A stretch of 63,820 nt of DNA, counting the filler, from Octopus bimaculoides (Eukaryota), in the NCBI RefSeq assembly GCF_001194135.2. It is 8 parts of 7 records of this genome, joined end to end, with 100 filler letters (N's around TTAATTAATTAA, not from the genome) between each part and the next. Parts side by side here need not be neighbours in the genome. Positions count along the whole stretch, not along the records: positions 1 to 18,664 come from NC_068982.1; 7 more parts are not named here. One strand, 5' to 3'. This document shows positions 1 through 14,137 of this stretch, piece by piece. The notes beneath the pieces were generated by a model. The model saw only the letters and a list, made by a program, of their open reading frames with translations, was not told the DNA's origin and did not search any database. Each line of letters begins with the position of its first letter. The stretch's first letter is position 1. Made by a program: the position numbers and the translations under genes.

Positions 1-126
1 TTATTAGGTGTATGAAGATTGCTCTTCATATTGCATTTAAGGTTATGCTCACATTACTTAAATAAATTGAAGTAGCATGAAACGTGCGTACTGCAATCAC
101 TTTTGAAATCCGTGTTGCTTATTGTT

Positions 127-169
<43 letters not shown>

Positions 170-172
<3 letters not shown>

Positions 173-1421
173 GGTTGGCAACAAAGTAATTTCGGTTTTT
201 GAGTGTGAATGGAGGTTACTTTTTTTTATTCAGAAAATGAACTGTAATAAATTATACGTTCTCTATTTCGTTGTATAACCTTTTGCCATCTTTCTGGCAA
301 CTTCGTGATTCCGGACTCATAGAATTCATTGTTCTTATCAGCCAAAAACTGAAGCAAGTTTGATTTCAAGTCATTATCAACATTATTGCAAATTTTACCA
401 TTCAGAGAATTTTGCACTCTTCGAAATAAATGATAATCTGACGGTGCAAGGTCAGAGCTACATGGTAGATAGGATATTTCTTCCCAACGAAGCACCAATA
501 ATTTTTCACGACTTAGCAAAGACGTGTGTAGTCTATGCGTTGTCATGGTGGAACACATTTCCTTTACGAATTGCCGATTCTGGCCGTTTTTCTTTGATTG
601 TTTCCCCCGCTTTCATTAGTTGTTGAGAGTAAACGACTGAATGTATCGTTTGGTTCTTTCGAAGCGGCTCAAAATGGACAACAAATTTGTAATCTGACCA
701 ATTGACAGCATGACCTTTTTTGATGCAATTCAGCGTTCGATGCGGTTTGTGCTGATTCATTACACTTTGACTATGATCATATTCGATTGATCTTATTGTA
801 GACAATCCTTTTTGAATCACCAGTGATAATTCGTTTTAAAAATACCGACTGATTTCATTGCGCTTGAGATGCATGTCACAAATATTGCTTCGTAGTTTTA
901 AGTGAATCTCTTTCGTCTTATGTGGAACCCAAATATCGAGGTTATTGATGACTCCAAGACATTTTAAGTGATTTTCAATTATTTTGTGTGATACATTTAA
1001 CCTCCCTGCAATATCTTGCACAGTTATATGACAATCAGATTATGGCTTTATTTCGGTCATTATCAACTTCTTTGAATAAAAGAATCTCGAAAACAGAATT
1101 TTTTACACTATGCCTGACATGTGCATTCTGTTAAGCAATCAACGCCATAAACTTCACGTACGTCTTTGTGAGCCTCAGCAGCTTTCTTGCCTTTACGGAA
1201 ATAAAAAAGCAGAATATGTCGAAAATGTTCGTCCTTGCACTCCATGTTAAAATTGACTCTGAACTAGCGGCTGCAAACAAAATTACGCGTAAGTTTCTTC
1301 TAAAATAAGCTAAGAGTAACGGCTATCAAATGTCAATCGAATTTTTTTTTTTACTCTCAGAAAAGCCATTCAAAGAAATCGTCACTGTATTTCTTAAAGA
1401 CGAAATTACTTTCTTGCCAAC

Positions 1422-1425
<4 letters not shown>
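170..1425 (-). mobile_element. Full-length but dead mariner (DD34D) DNA transposon, about 1.26 kb, inserted in a (TA)n microsatellite
   Basis: TIRs: left TTCGGTTGGCAACAAAGTAATTTCG from 170; right, reverse-complemented, TTGTGTTGGCAAGAAAGTAATTTCG ending 1425. Long (TA)n on both sides. Transposase motifs on the minus strand. Confidence 0.95.
226..1245 (-). pseudogene. Mariner transposase pseudogene with stops and frameshifts
   Basis: Starts MECKDEHFRHILLFYFRKGKKAAEAH at 1245. ORF-track pieces contain WVPHK (WVPHEL motif), FHHDNA, SSDLAPSDYHLF (YSPDLAPSDY motif) and GITKLPERWQKVI in different frames. Confidence 0.93.
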
Positions 1426-1479
<54 letters not shown>

Positions 1480-1965
1480 GGCGAGTATTTTAGTTCGCTT
1501 GAAGCAGTGAGTATTGTTTGTAAAGAATAAAAGTTTAGAATGGTACAACAATGCACTATAAAACAGAAATTCATATGTTGAAAAATATCACAGACATTAT
1601 CATCAGGCACAAACTACATATCTTAGCAAATTATAAAAAATTAATAATCGTAAAACTGAAAAAGCAGTGTATAGAAAACGTGGAAGGTATATATGTATAT
1701 ATAATTTAGATTCAGTTGAATTAGGTACTTAAATTGAGACACCTTCTTAAGACGAACTAATTTTGCACGCTCACACAATATCAGTTCAGTATCAAACACT
1801 ATGCAGAATTTCCCCTGTTATTCTTGCAGTGTATGCAGATACTACGATCTAACTTAAATCCGCACTTGTTTGTTCAGACATGTACTTTATATAAAGATAT
1901 TTTCCATAAAACGTGTGAAGTGCAGATTCCAATGTATAGGAGTAAAATATAAATGAGTAACAAAT

Positions 1966-2700
1966 ATATATGTGTCAATTCATAATGGCCGCTTCAAGCG
2001 ACTTCTTTAATTCATCCATGAAAACATTACATCGTTACCAAGAAATTCTTCGCATGAGATGACTGCATATACGTCAAGTATAAAGGACAAGTTATATATT
2101 CAAACATATCATTAATAGAGTGCATATATTTACAATTATTCCGCTGCTAAATATTTTGGCAGAATGAAAAAAAGAAAAGGGACTATATAGCGACAAACTA
2201 GAAATTAGCATAGGCTATAACGGGTGGGGTATAAATGAGAGTCATGACCTCTTTACCTACACTTCAGTGACAATATGGAGAATGTAGCCTTCAAATCATC
2301 TAAAAAATAAAGAAAACATCTAAAATTATCTAAAGAATTTTTATTTATAGATATTTTGAGGATTACATTCTGTCTATTGTCTTGTAAGTGTAGGTAACAG
2401 GGTCATTACTCTCATTTATACCTCCCCACTACTTTAGCACATGCTGATTTCTAGTTGTCGGTAGAGATATAGTCCTTGATCTGATTTTGATTCTGCCATA
2501 AAATTTAGCGGCGGAATCATTGCAAATATTTGCTCTCTGTTGATGTTATGAATATGTTTGAATATCTAACTTGTCCTTTAAGCTTGAGGTCTAAGCAGTC
2601 ATCTGATGAGAACGGTTTCGTTGTAATGATGTAATCCTTGCATTTATCAATTAAAGGTGCTGCTTGAATCAGCCGTAATGAATTAACACTTATACAACTT
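1966..2700. repeat. About 730-bp palindromic foldback element (about 360-bp arms, almost no spacer)
   Basis: 2222-2320 (GGGGTATAAATGAGAGTCATGACC...) pairs with 2335-2430. 2055-2215 (GATGACTGC...AAAGGACAAGTTATATATTCAAACATAT...CTAGAAATTAGCAT) pairs with 2440-2615. Homology continues out to about 1966 and 2700. Confidence 0.85.
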
Positions 2701-2763
2701 TGCTATTCATTTCCATATATATATGTATATTTATATGTATGCATATGTATAGTTATATATTTT

Positions 2764-2807
<44 letters not shown>

Positions 2808-3837
2808 TATATAATATAGATATGTATGTGTATGTGAAGGTACACACACGCAATCGCACATACCCACACACGCGCACTCACACATATATAGAGGTAGACT
2901 TTATTTTATTTGTGGGTTAACTAGGTAACCTATGATTTTATGCGAAGTGATCCTCACACTCATTAAAATGTATTCCTCTTCTTATTGGATGGGAATACAC
3001 GAGCTTATGCGTGTTGGAGCGGGATTTCAAAATAAATACGCATATAATGAGAAACTGATGAGATTGTCTCCCTTGTCTTGGATTTTGCAAAGCATTGTGT
3101 TCACCATGGATTACTTAAGTAATTAATTATCTTATCATCGTGCACGATATCACATACCTATGTTAATAAATATATACATGTATGTACACATGCATACGAA
3201 TATATATAAAAAATCTAATATTACGCGCAAAGACATAAACACATGTATGTATACGTTTGGATACACACATAAATACAAACTTATATAAATGCATAGGTAC
3301 ATAATGCAAACACATACACACATGCACACACTCACCTGCAGCATGCGTTTTATTCATGTTTGAGTACGTGAACCTAATTATTTATGGGATTTCGTAGATT
3401 TTCGACGCCAAACATGGATGAGTTCATACGTTCAAGGTGGTAAACGTACGTTTTTCCTGTAAATCATATGATGTCATGAATATGTGCTATGCATATAAAT
3501 CTGTGTAGTTAGGGAATTCAGCATAAGTGCATGGAATGCACATGAAAATCATAATGTGCAAATAATCGATATCTCAAAACATACCTAGGCCCGAAGGGTG
3601 GTAGATTCGGTGCAGTTCATGTTTGAAACTTCGAAGTGTGATTTGTTTGCTGTGCATGCAACGGAAGAAAGCTTACTTCATACTTTGAACGCGCATTGTT
3701 AATGTTATATTTAATTTTTCTGTGATACAATGGTCGCATTAGCTGCCCCATCTTTATTTGCTGGAAATAGCAATGATTGTCGATATTAGCGGATATCTAT
3801 CTATTTATCTATCAATCTATTTATCTATATATTTATC

Positions 3838-3875
3838 TCTTTCACTCTCTCTCTCTCTTTCTCTATCTCTCTCTT

Positions 3876-3960
<85 letters not shown>
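3838..3960. repeat. Compound (CT)n-(AT)n microsatellite
   Basis: Read directly from the sequence. Confidence 0.95.
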
Positions 3961-3965
<5 letters not shown>

Positions 3966-4497
3966 TCTATATTTAAGAGATGAGGAATTATGGNNNNNNN
4001 NNNNNNNNNNNNNNNNNNNNNNNNNNNNNNNNNNNNNNNNNNNNNNNNNNNNNNNNNNNNNNNNNNNNNNNNNNNNNNNNNNNNNNNNNNNNNNNNNNNN
4101 NNNNNNNNNNNNNNNNNNNNNNNNNNNNNNNNNNNNNNNNNNNNNNNNNNNNNNNNNNNNNNNNNNNNNNNNNNNNNNNNNNNNNNNNNNNNNNNNNNNN
4201 NNNNNNNNNNNNNNNNNNNNNNNNNNNNNNNNNNNNNNNNNNNNNNNNNNNNNNNNNNNNNNNNNNNNNNNNNNNNNNNNNNNNNNNNNNNNNNNNNNNN
4301 NNNNNNNNNNNNNNNNNNNNNNNNNNNNNNNNNNNNNNNNNNNNNNNNNNNNNNNNNNNNNNNNNNNNNNNNNNNNNNNNNNNNNNNNNNNNNNNNNNNN
4401 NNNNNNNNNNNNNNNNNNNNNNNNNNNNNNNNNNNNNNNNNNNNNNNNNNNNNNNNNNNNNNNNNNNNNNNNNNNNNNNNNNNNNNNTGCACTTGTT

Positions 4498-4535
<38 letters not shown>

Positions 4536-5714
4536 ACTATGTATGTATATAATGATGTCAAACGAGATAGTTATATTTTGAAGTCATTTCATGCTTTACT
4601 TCCACCAACTCTTTCTCATTTTGAATTATTTTAACTGAGGAAGGTCTTGCGTAATGAATGTATGCTTGTACGTGCATATGTGTGAGTGTGCGCGCGCACG
4701 TGTGTGTGTGCATTCATATATGTATATGTTCGTATTTATGCATGCGTGTTATACACATTCATAAATACAATTTTTTCTATTGGAGAAAACAAATATATCA
4801 TCTCTATATAAGTAATATTTCATGTGGTTATATATTAACGCTAGGATTTATCATTAAATTTTTATTCATTTGAGCTTTTTTGTTATTTTCTAATTCTGCA
4901 ATGATTTATTTATTGTTTCTCTATTAGCAACCACAAATCTATGTATTTTCGCTCTATCCCTTACTCCCGATAGTTACTTATTCTTTAATATATATTCCTG
5001 TGTATGCCCGCAAACATTACTTCATCTATATCTTATACTCGCAGCCTAAGGCACTTCCAAGTAATCTCGCTTCGATCGATTTGCTTTTGTCTATATGTTA
5101 TTATCGTTAATTTTGCCTTTGTTTTTCCTATGAATATCTTACATTTTTCTCTCAGTACTTCCTATATCAATCTTTGTTATACATTTCTTTTATTTCAAAA
5201 TTTAAAACGACTCTCTCTATTTTTAGTTATTTTCATGTGATATTTATATGTGACTGCGATAAAAGGGATATGTATGAATGCAATTTTGCTAATACTTGGA
5301 TATTGGATGTATGCTTGTCTGCATGTGGGTGTGTACATGCACGCCTGCGCTTATGTATTTTCTATGTATGTATATGTATCTGAGTATGTGTGCATAGAAA
5401 ATTACCTTAGATATCATCCAAGCATTAGAAGTAAATAAATTACAGGTTATAGAGGTAAGACAAGGTACTTTCCAGAAGGTTTAAGATTTTTAAGGATAAC
5501 TAAATTACAAGAGGTGTATAGTCCATTTTTTGTATTATAGTGCATTGTTGTACCATTCAAAACTTTTTATTCTTTACAAACAATACACAATTCTTCAAAC
5601 GAACTACAATACTCTCCTATATATATTTATTTATTTACGTATATATATTTACATATAAACTTACTTGGAAATGGATGCATGGCTTTCAAATAACAAATAG
5701 TAAATAATATAATA

Positions 5715-6650
5715 TATATACACATGTATATATGGGTACATGTCATCACCACCGGTGCAAATAATATAACATACGTAAACAAACGAGTAAAATACGTAAA
5801 CAACGAAAACAACATGGAAAACAGGACAAGTAAATGCAGAGACAGGTCCCTTCATCAGTTGTCAGCTGTCTATCTACTCCTCATTTCGAGCATTCAACGT
5901 CAATATGAGTCTTCAAAGACAGATGCTCCTATAAATTCTGAAATGAATTTTAGGATTCATGGAGGGTTAAAATCGAGAACAAAAACATTACAAGGGAGAC
6001 AAGGAAACCAAACGAAAGCACTATACAGTTTTCTACCTCCATCCTTCTCTAATTCCCTTTTTCTCCTCCCTCTTTCACCGTTTTTATCTCTCTCCCTCCC
6101 CTCTTTCTATCTTACTCTCTCTCTCTCTCTCTATCGTTGTTCACACGTGGCCATCGTCCATCTTTCTTTTCCTCACGTGACCATCTTCCGTTTCCTCACG
6201 AGACCATCTTTGTTTTCCTGCACGGACGTTCAAAAGAGGTTCTTGTTTACTCTCTCTCTTTTATATTTTCTCTTTTCAAACAAATGTCTCTCACAGCTTT
6301 AACTATTTACTTCTTGTTCTGGACTAACGACCCTCCATGTTTGTTTTCGTTCGGTATGTCTCCAATGTCATGTTTATGTTCCCGATTTTGACCCACCATA
6401 TATCCTAAATTTTATTTTAGAATTTATAGGCGCAACTGTCTTTGGAGTCTAATATTGTCGTTGAATGCTCGAAATGAGGATTAGATAGACAGCTGACAAC
6501 TGATGAAGGGTCCTTTCTCGGTTTTTACTTGTCCCATTTTCCATGTTTTCTCGTTGTTTGCGTATTTAACTTGTTTGCTTACATATTTCATGTTATTTGC
6601 ACCGTTGGTGATTTCCTGTATCCATATATGCATGTACGTGTGTGTATATA
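5715..6650. mobile_element. Element with about 300-bp inverted arms around a CT-rich core, possibly Penelope-like (inverted pLTR)
   Basis: 5850-5925 CCCTTCATCAGTTGTCAGCTGTCTATCTACTCCTCATTTCGAGCATTCAACG is the reverse complement of 6435-6510. Arms extend to about 5715-6020 and 6340-6650. A third copy of the family lies at 22810-23220. Confidence 0.7.
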
Positions 6651-8020
6651 TAGAGTGGGGGGAAATAAATATTCGTACATGTTAAAATTCTTTATTTATT
6701 TAATTTCTAATGGGCATAAATGGGATATACCAATACTATATTTGCATACACATACATAAACTAAGAATATGCAAAAGAAACTAATAAATTATAGTAACTA
6801 ATGAATTTATATACAAATATAAATATTTAGTGGTGAAAAAAGTACTCGTACAGAACATAAATAACTGATAATTCTGATTTAACACTTCGTAGTATAACCA
6901 TTATTTAGTTCCACTTCAACCAATCTCTTCTTGTAGTTCTTAATCAATGACTCGCATGCTTCTTTAAGATTTTTTTCCCATTCTTCTTGACAAATTTTCT
7001 TCAAATCTGGAATGCACATTGGGGCTCTTGAATGAGTTTTAATTTTCAAATAACGCTAAAAATTTTCAATGGGGTCCATGTCAGGTGACTGGCTTGGCCA
7101 TTCTAATAATTTTATATTGTGATCGACAATTCATTTTTTGGTAGACTTCGCCGTGTGCTTAGGGTCGTTATCCTGTTGTAAAACCCACCATTCACAAAGA
7201 TTGAGCTTTTCTAAAGAGTCCCATAAATTACTGTTCAAAATGTCTTGATACATCTCTGCATTCATTCTACCATCTATCACATGTAAATTACCAGTGCTAT
7301 TTGCAGAGAAACACCCCTACACAATGATGTTGGCACTTCCAAACTTTACAGTAGGAATTATTTTTCGGCGAATAGGTGGTAACATAATTCCTCCAAACAT
7401 GGCTATGCGACCTCTGTTAGGAAATACAGCAAATCTGAACTCATCAGAGAATATGACAGTGCCCCAAACTGCTAATGGCCGCTCCAGCATCTCACTGGCC
7501 CAATCTGATCTCCGCTTCCTATTGGCTGGTCAGAGATGTGGCTTCCTTCTTCCTGCTCTGCCATAGTAACCACGTTTGTGGAGATACCTGACAGCTGTTC
7601 TGGGACTGACATCAACTTGCTCTACTATGTCAGAGTTCTTGCAACGAGGATTATATTCCACACTTCTCTTAGCAAAGAGAAGGGTCCTGCCAGAGGGCAT
7701 TGGTTGATCTGAACAAGGTGGTGTGGACTCTTTCCTCTCTCTCTGGTGAATTGCACAATAACTGTATTAACTGTAGACAGCTGGATCGCAAGGTTTTTCT
7801 GCGATGTTACGCTGACTATATTCACCTTCAGAATGACCCACAATACGGCATCTTTGATATTCAGACAGTTCCAAGGCTTCTTTTGTACATGGCGTGATTA
7901 AACAGTCACATGTAGAATCTGAAATATAAAAATGTCAATTAATAAGAAATAAAAACCTTTACAAGTTAGAGCAAACAGAAAACGATGTTCTATGGGGTGT
8001 CTATTTACTTCTAACATGTA
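6650..8020 (-). mobile_element. Degenerate Tc1-type (DD34E) DNA transposon
   Basis: Minus-strand translation gives LELSEYQRCRIVGH...SQRNIA (HTH region), WGTVIFSDEFRF, WVLQQDNDPKHTAKST and LLEWPSQSPDMDPIEN. The left end TA-GAGTGGGGGGAAATAAATATT resembles Tc1 TIRs; the right TIR is unclear. Confidence 0.9.
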
Positions 8021-9397
8021 TTTATATATATATATATATATATTATTTCGAACGATTCATCCACTCAGTATATTAGAAACTGCTCTGTATGCCTCACTTT
8101 CCGCTTAGTGAAGTGATATTTTACTTTCATAAGCGGGTTACTTCGTACTTCACGCGCTTCAATGCAAAATGAATGCAAATGCATCTATTGATATCAAGCC
8201 ATATGATTGGATATTTTCTCTCTATGAAATTAGTAAAAATGTTTTTTCCCTTAATTTCAGCAAATTCAAAATATGTTATTTATTAATTTAGCGCATAATT
8301 GTCGCTCTCATAACTCTAGCACACTTTTTTAACATTCTACTCTATGCTTTTAATATCAATGCTTTCAATTTTAATTATTAAAGAAATGCACTTAGTAAAA
8401 CATTTAATCTCCTAATATACGCATATAAAATCAATCTACATATTGCGCACGATAATAACTCAATTCGTATAGAAATGTTTCCTCTATTCATCATATAATG
8501 TCACATGAGATACAACGACAGAGTGACGTCATTGTGACTCATTGCACTAGAAACTCATATGAAAATAATTCCAAATTAATCGCACATTGTGTCACAGGAT
8601 TCCTCATGACTATATAAATTCGTTATTATCTAAGAGGTAGAAAAAGAAACAAATATTAGTGGATTTTTGTGGATCCTAAGAAAATGTTAATGCATTGCAC
8701 ACTGATTATATTACGATTTTGCTTTTGATCGCCCAAAACATGCTATTAATTATCGTTCGACTAAGGACGTTAAATAAAATACACTACCGTAAAATTAGCT
8801 TGGAAATTTCATCGCACCGGAATTAGCGGCAGGATCGTTTGAAATCGGTCTTACAGTATTATGAATCTAACAGCTAGGTTTTTACATTACATTACATGTA
8901 TATACATTGTGATAAATATACAGTATCATTACGGCTAGAACGATTTGTATATGATATTACTTATACTGTGGCAAAATGAATATGATCAAAATGCCATCGT
9001 TTTTGCGGGAATATAATTGAATTCAAGAACTTTTAATTTCAAAGTGCGAATCGAGAAAGAAATTAAACATGCTTTGATTATATATTTTTCAGTCTTGTTT
9101 ACATTGAGATTTAATGTATTGTGCAAACAAACGAGGTATGTAGCTAAAAAATAAACGTTCTCATTCAAAGGCAAATTAATGCAATTCTAAGAACATCGAG
9201 ATTATAGAAATTTATAAAATCTTTTTAAGGGATACGCACAATCATACCTTAATAGTTCGGTATATATAGACACATATATATCACAAATGGCATGTGTATG
9301 TATGTATGTATGTATGTATGTATGCATGTATGTATATATGTATACATGTGCGCTTGTACGTATGTATGTGTACATGTACGTATGTATGTATCTATCG

Positions 9398-9460
<63 letters not shown>

Positions 9461-12400
9461 NNNNNNNNNNNNNNNNNNNNNNNNNNNNNNNNNNNNNNNN
9501 NNNNNNNNNNNNNNNNNNNNNNNNNNNNNNNNNNNNNNNNNNNNNNNNNNNNNNNNNNNNNNNNNNNNNNNNNNNNNNNNNNNNNNNNNNNNNNNNNNNN
9601 NNNNNNNNNNNNNNNNNNNNNNNNNNNNNNNNNNNNNNNNNNNNNNNNNNNNNNNNNNNNNNNNNNNNNNNNNNNNNNNNNNNNNNNNNNNNNNNNNNNN
9701 NNNNNNNNNNNNNNNNNNNNNNNNNNNNNNNNNNNNNNNNNNNNNNNNNNNNNNNNNNNNNNNNNNNNNNNNNNNNNNNNNNNNNNNNNNNNNNNNNNNN
9801 NNNNNNNNNNNNNNNNNNNNNNNNNNNNNNNNNNNNNNNNNNNNNNNNNNNNNNNNNNNNNNNNNNNNNNNNNNNNNNNNNNNNNNNNNNNNNNNNNNNN
9901 NNNNNNNNNNNNNNNNNNNNNNNNNNNNNNNNNNNNNNNNNNNNNNNNNNNNNNNNNNNNNNNNNNNNNNNNNNNNNNNNNNNNNNNNNNNNNNNNNNNN
10001 NNNNNNNNNNNNNNNNNNNNNNNNNNNNNNNNNNNNNNNNNNNNNNNNNNNNNNNNNNNNNNNNNNNNNNNNNNNNNNNNNNNNNNNNNNNNNNNNNNNN
10101 NNNNNNNNNNNNNNNNNNNNNNNNNNNNNNNNNNNNNNNNNNNNNNNNNNNNNNNNNNNNNNNNNNNNNNNNNNNNNNNNNNNNNNNNNNNNNNNNNNNN
10201 NNNNNNNNNNNNNNNNNNNNNNNNNNNNNNNNNNNNNNNNNNNNNNNNNNNNNNNNNNNNNNNNNNNNNNNNNNNNNNNNNNNNNNNNNNNNNNNNNNNN
10301 NNNNNNNNNNNNNNNNTATATATATATATATATATATGTTTACGTACGTACCTGCTTACCCACCGATATACATATATTCATACATATGCATGAATATGTC
10401 TGAATGGTGTTGATATGTTGACAATATATGTGATCCTATGTATTTGAATAGATCTTTGGCATTGTTACGTATAACTATATTCAATTTTGAATACACCTTG
10501 CTTGTTTGAACATGAATAATTTCATGCTTATCACTTCCTGAAACTACTCAAAGATATGTTTATTGTTTGTAAATATATACTGAAAGGTAAGTAGAAATAT
10601 TCTAGTCATTTTGCATAGAAGCGAAATATTTTGAGTACTATACATATTTTAACGTTAGTATCTTTGGATATTTATGTCTCTATTAGTATCTTCATATAAT
10701 ATTTTGGAAATAAATTCTAACCAAATTTCCGCTCTTAAAACGACATCAATTTTATAAATCAATATATTATCATGTTCGTACTTTTCTCGGAGATGATGCT
10801 GAAAATGAAAACAGGATAACATGTGAAATAAGTTAAACGAGAAATAAATACCATTTAAATTGTATTAGTGACATACTTATATATTCATCTCATATTGATA
10901 TTTGTTGTGTGTTTACGTTCCAAAAGTAGGTGTCTACCTACAGTTATAAAGTTAATAATATATGCAATTATATATTTGTTGTCTTTGTAATTGTAATTGT
11001 GCTTATATACTATAATTGAGAATCTTCGCAGAAATATATTTAACAATGTTGAACTTAGAATTAATGGCCGTTGAATAACCAAGTGTTCATATGATAGAAT
11101 CATTATAATAAATATCACAACGTATGAAATGTGTATATTAACTACTCATGACTGCATTGCTTTAGAGAAGGGCAATCATTCGTTGTCGCTGATGAAGTAA
11201 AAAAGTTATATACACATGATAACAATAAGCAACTTTTAATAAGCTTCAGTTCATACGAACCCGAATAACTCATGTGCATTTAAATAATGAAATGAAAAGG
11301 AAGGGTAAAAAAGGAAACAAATGAAATAAAAATGCACCTCATACTGTAGTTCTAGACATTATTTTTGATGCCTATTTGGAAAATTAGAAAAAAGTAGAGA
11401 ATTGGCTTCTTCAAATATATGTGGTTTTCACATAGACTGATGCTAACTAAAGATGTATACATTTTCATATAGTGTACATATACAAAATAGCCAAGATCAA
11501 ATTCTAAGATATCAATATGTGTAACGTTATGCGGTAGAGTGATTTACCTGTTTGTATTCAGCGCTTATATAATAGAAAATATACAGTTTTGGTTGTATTA
11601 TACTGTATTACGTTTGAGTTGGGAAAATAGAGTACTGTCTTTCAACAAAAGTCTTTAAGTATTCATTCTTCCAGTTATTTTGCTATATTTTCACTCCATA
11701 TCTGCATTATATATGTTTGAAGAGATAACATTCCGTGAATATTTGAAGCATTTGACTTTTAGCCGAATTGATGTGTTATTTATGGTTTTGAATATGGAAA
11801 CCTTTTCATTAATACATAATTGTAAACAATTTCTACAGCTTTTGTACCGTCCTCCACTTGATATCAAAGTCATATTGTTTCAAGTGAGAGTATCAATCTA
11901 ATTGTTTTACTGATTTTTTTTTTGATTTCATAATTCTGACAGATGAAATATGGATGATATATTTTCCTATAAATTCCACCTTCCACAGATTCAACGTAGG
12001 TTACTGATATAAAAGTTAATTACAAATTTGTCTTATGCACGCTAGGAAATAGCTGACCTTCGCTAAAGATATTAGTTGAATTGAGTATCAGATGCTATTC
12101 GTTCATTTCCTTTCATACAGGTTACTTTAATCAGATCGGAAATATACAATTATTTTAGACTAAATAACGTTTAAAGACTAAAATACTTTCTCAGATAAAA
12201 TGTTACATATAGACGATGAGTTAGATGCATCCTAACAGACAAAAGTTATTCATTCGATGCAATAGGAAAAAAGATATATAAAGTATCATGTCGATAATTT
12301 TGTCTTTGATATAGCTGTCACCATTAATGCAGGTACTGTGATATTCTTACGTGTTGTCTTAGTAGACATATACCCATACGAAAGAAACACCTATTAAACA

Positions 12401-14137
12401 ACAATATTTATTGAACTAGATTTCCACTATCGATACTCAGTTTCGATAACAAATAAAATTAAAAGATTAAATTAAAAGATTAAATTAGTCTTTGAAAGTT
12501 CCACTGATACTGCAATGGGTGTTTAGAAGAATTAGATATGGTCTTAAAACCGTTCATCCATTATTACGAAAAATCGACAAAATATTATCTTGCTGACAAC
12601 ACGGATCTGAATCTGAAGTTTCTCATTACTAATCTTTTTCTTGTCTCTTTCAATTTTGAAAATATCACTAATAAGACCCGTTTCATAACAAAGGAAATAA
12701 ACGACCGAGACTGAAATCGTATACCAATATATACAAACATATGATTAGCTAGAAATTAAAACTAATGTTACCTAGTGAAAACAACATTTAATATGTAAGC
12801 ACGATATACGAAGTCTACAAAGCAAATTTCAATACCAGAATTTCAACCATATTTGTTTCTTCATAGAAATAAGGAAGTGGAATGACTACGCAGGCGTGGC
12901 AATTGATAGAATAACTAGAATTTGAAATGATTTTGGAAATCATCATTTGATCCAGGTCATAAAGAAAGGGTACTACTATTACCAAATTGAAAATAAGTCT
13001 AAAAACTCAATCAGAATTTATCATTAAATTACATAAGTCTGAATATATATTTTGTAGCACTAGTTTGTTAAAGCAGGAGTTGATTGAAATGATCACGTAA
13101 ATATCAACTGGAATGTATCATATATTTTCGATTATCCTGCTCAGTTTTCCTCAAGCATTAGGCTGTTTTAAGCTTTATAGCCTTTGCAATTTATATTCAC
13201 AAACGTTTCAGGTAATGCAATATACATGATACGAATAGGTAATAATATCGTCTAAATTTCGAACACGTCTGTCGCTTGTCAAGAAAAAGATATATCATTA
13301 CGGGAAAATATTATTAAATATGTCCCACTCCACTATGTGCATGGAATAGTCTTACTTTTACTCCTATAGAAACCTTCACCTATAGTCTTATAATATTCAT
13401 ATAAATACTTATACAGACATGCGAACACATATATACACACAAGGACGTACACACACACCAATATACGCTCACACACACAAACACACGCTCCCATATACGC
13501 ACAATTGCACACACACACATACACACACACATACATTCACACACATGCACACACACACACACATTCACCTAGGATGATGAAAACGATTTCTCACACAGAT
13601 AAACTAACATAATTTGTCATGTTTTATTAAAGGGTTTTCTGATTTTTTTCTCTTCTGTGATCGTGTATTTTTATTTTTTTCTATTTTTAAGTTTTCTTTT
13701 TACAGTTATCATGATGTATGTTTATGAATGTTATCCAAATTGGTTTTCATAAACATTTGTCTTACTGAGCTGAATCTCGATGAAGCATGTTACAGTTTAT
13801 GCAGTTTTCCTATTTTTCATATGTGTGATATTTTGTCAATTGCATAACGTTTTAATCATTGGTGTCCTATGTTTCTCAATTTAACACATTTCTTTTCTTG
13901 GCACGCACTATATCAATTTTTCTAATTGCTTTGATCTTTTTTTACGTTTTGCAGTGGCAGCTGGAAACTAAATGACCATATTTATTTCAGTCATTCTGTA
14001 TCATCTTATCACCAATTGGAATCGAATAAGGAACATTCGAATGGACTCCGTATGTTATATTTGTAAACAAGCAACATTTTCGTCCTTTCAGAGTGTGGTG
14101 GCAAAAATATAAATACTAAGCGAGTACAGTAAATGCA

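Noticed and set aside
6465-6515. Permuted hammerhead (GAAA before CTGATGA) in the foldback family
   Set aside because: Stems I and III cannot be formed in any of the three copies.
10584-10592. Perfect splice donor AAG|GTAAGT
   Set aside because: No plausible upstream exon or acceptor; expected by chance in 64 kb.
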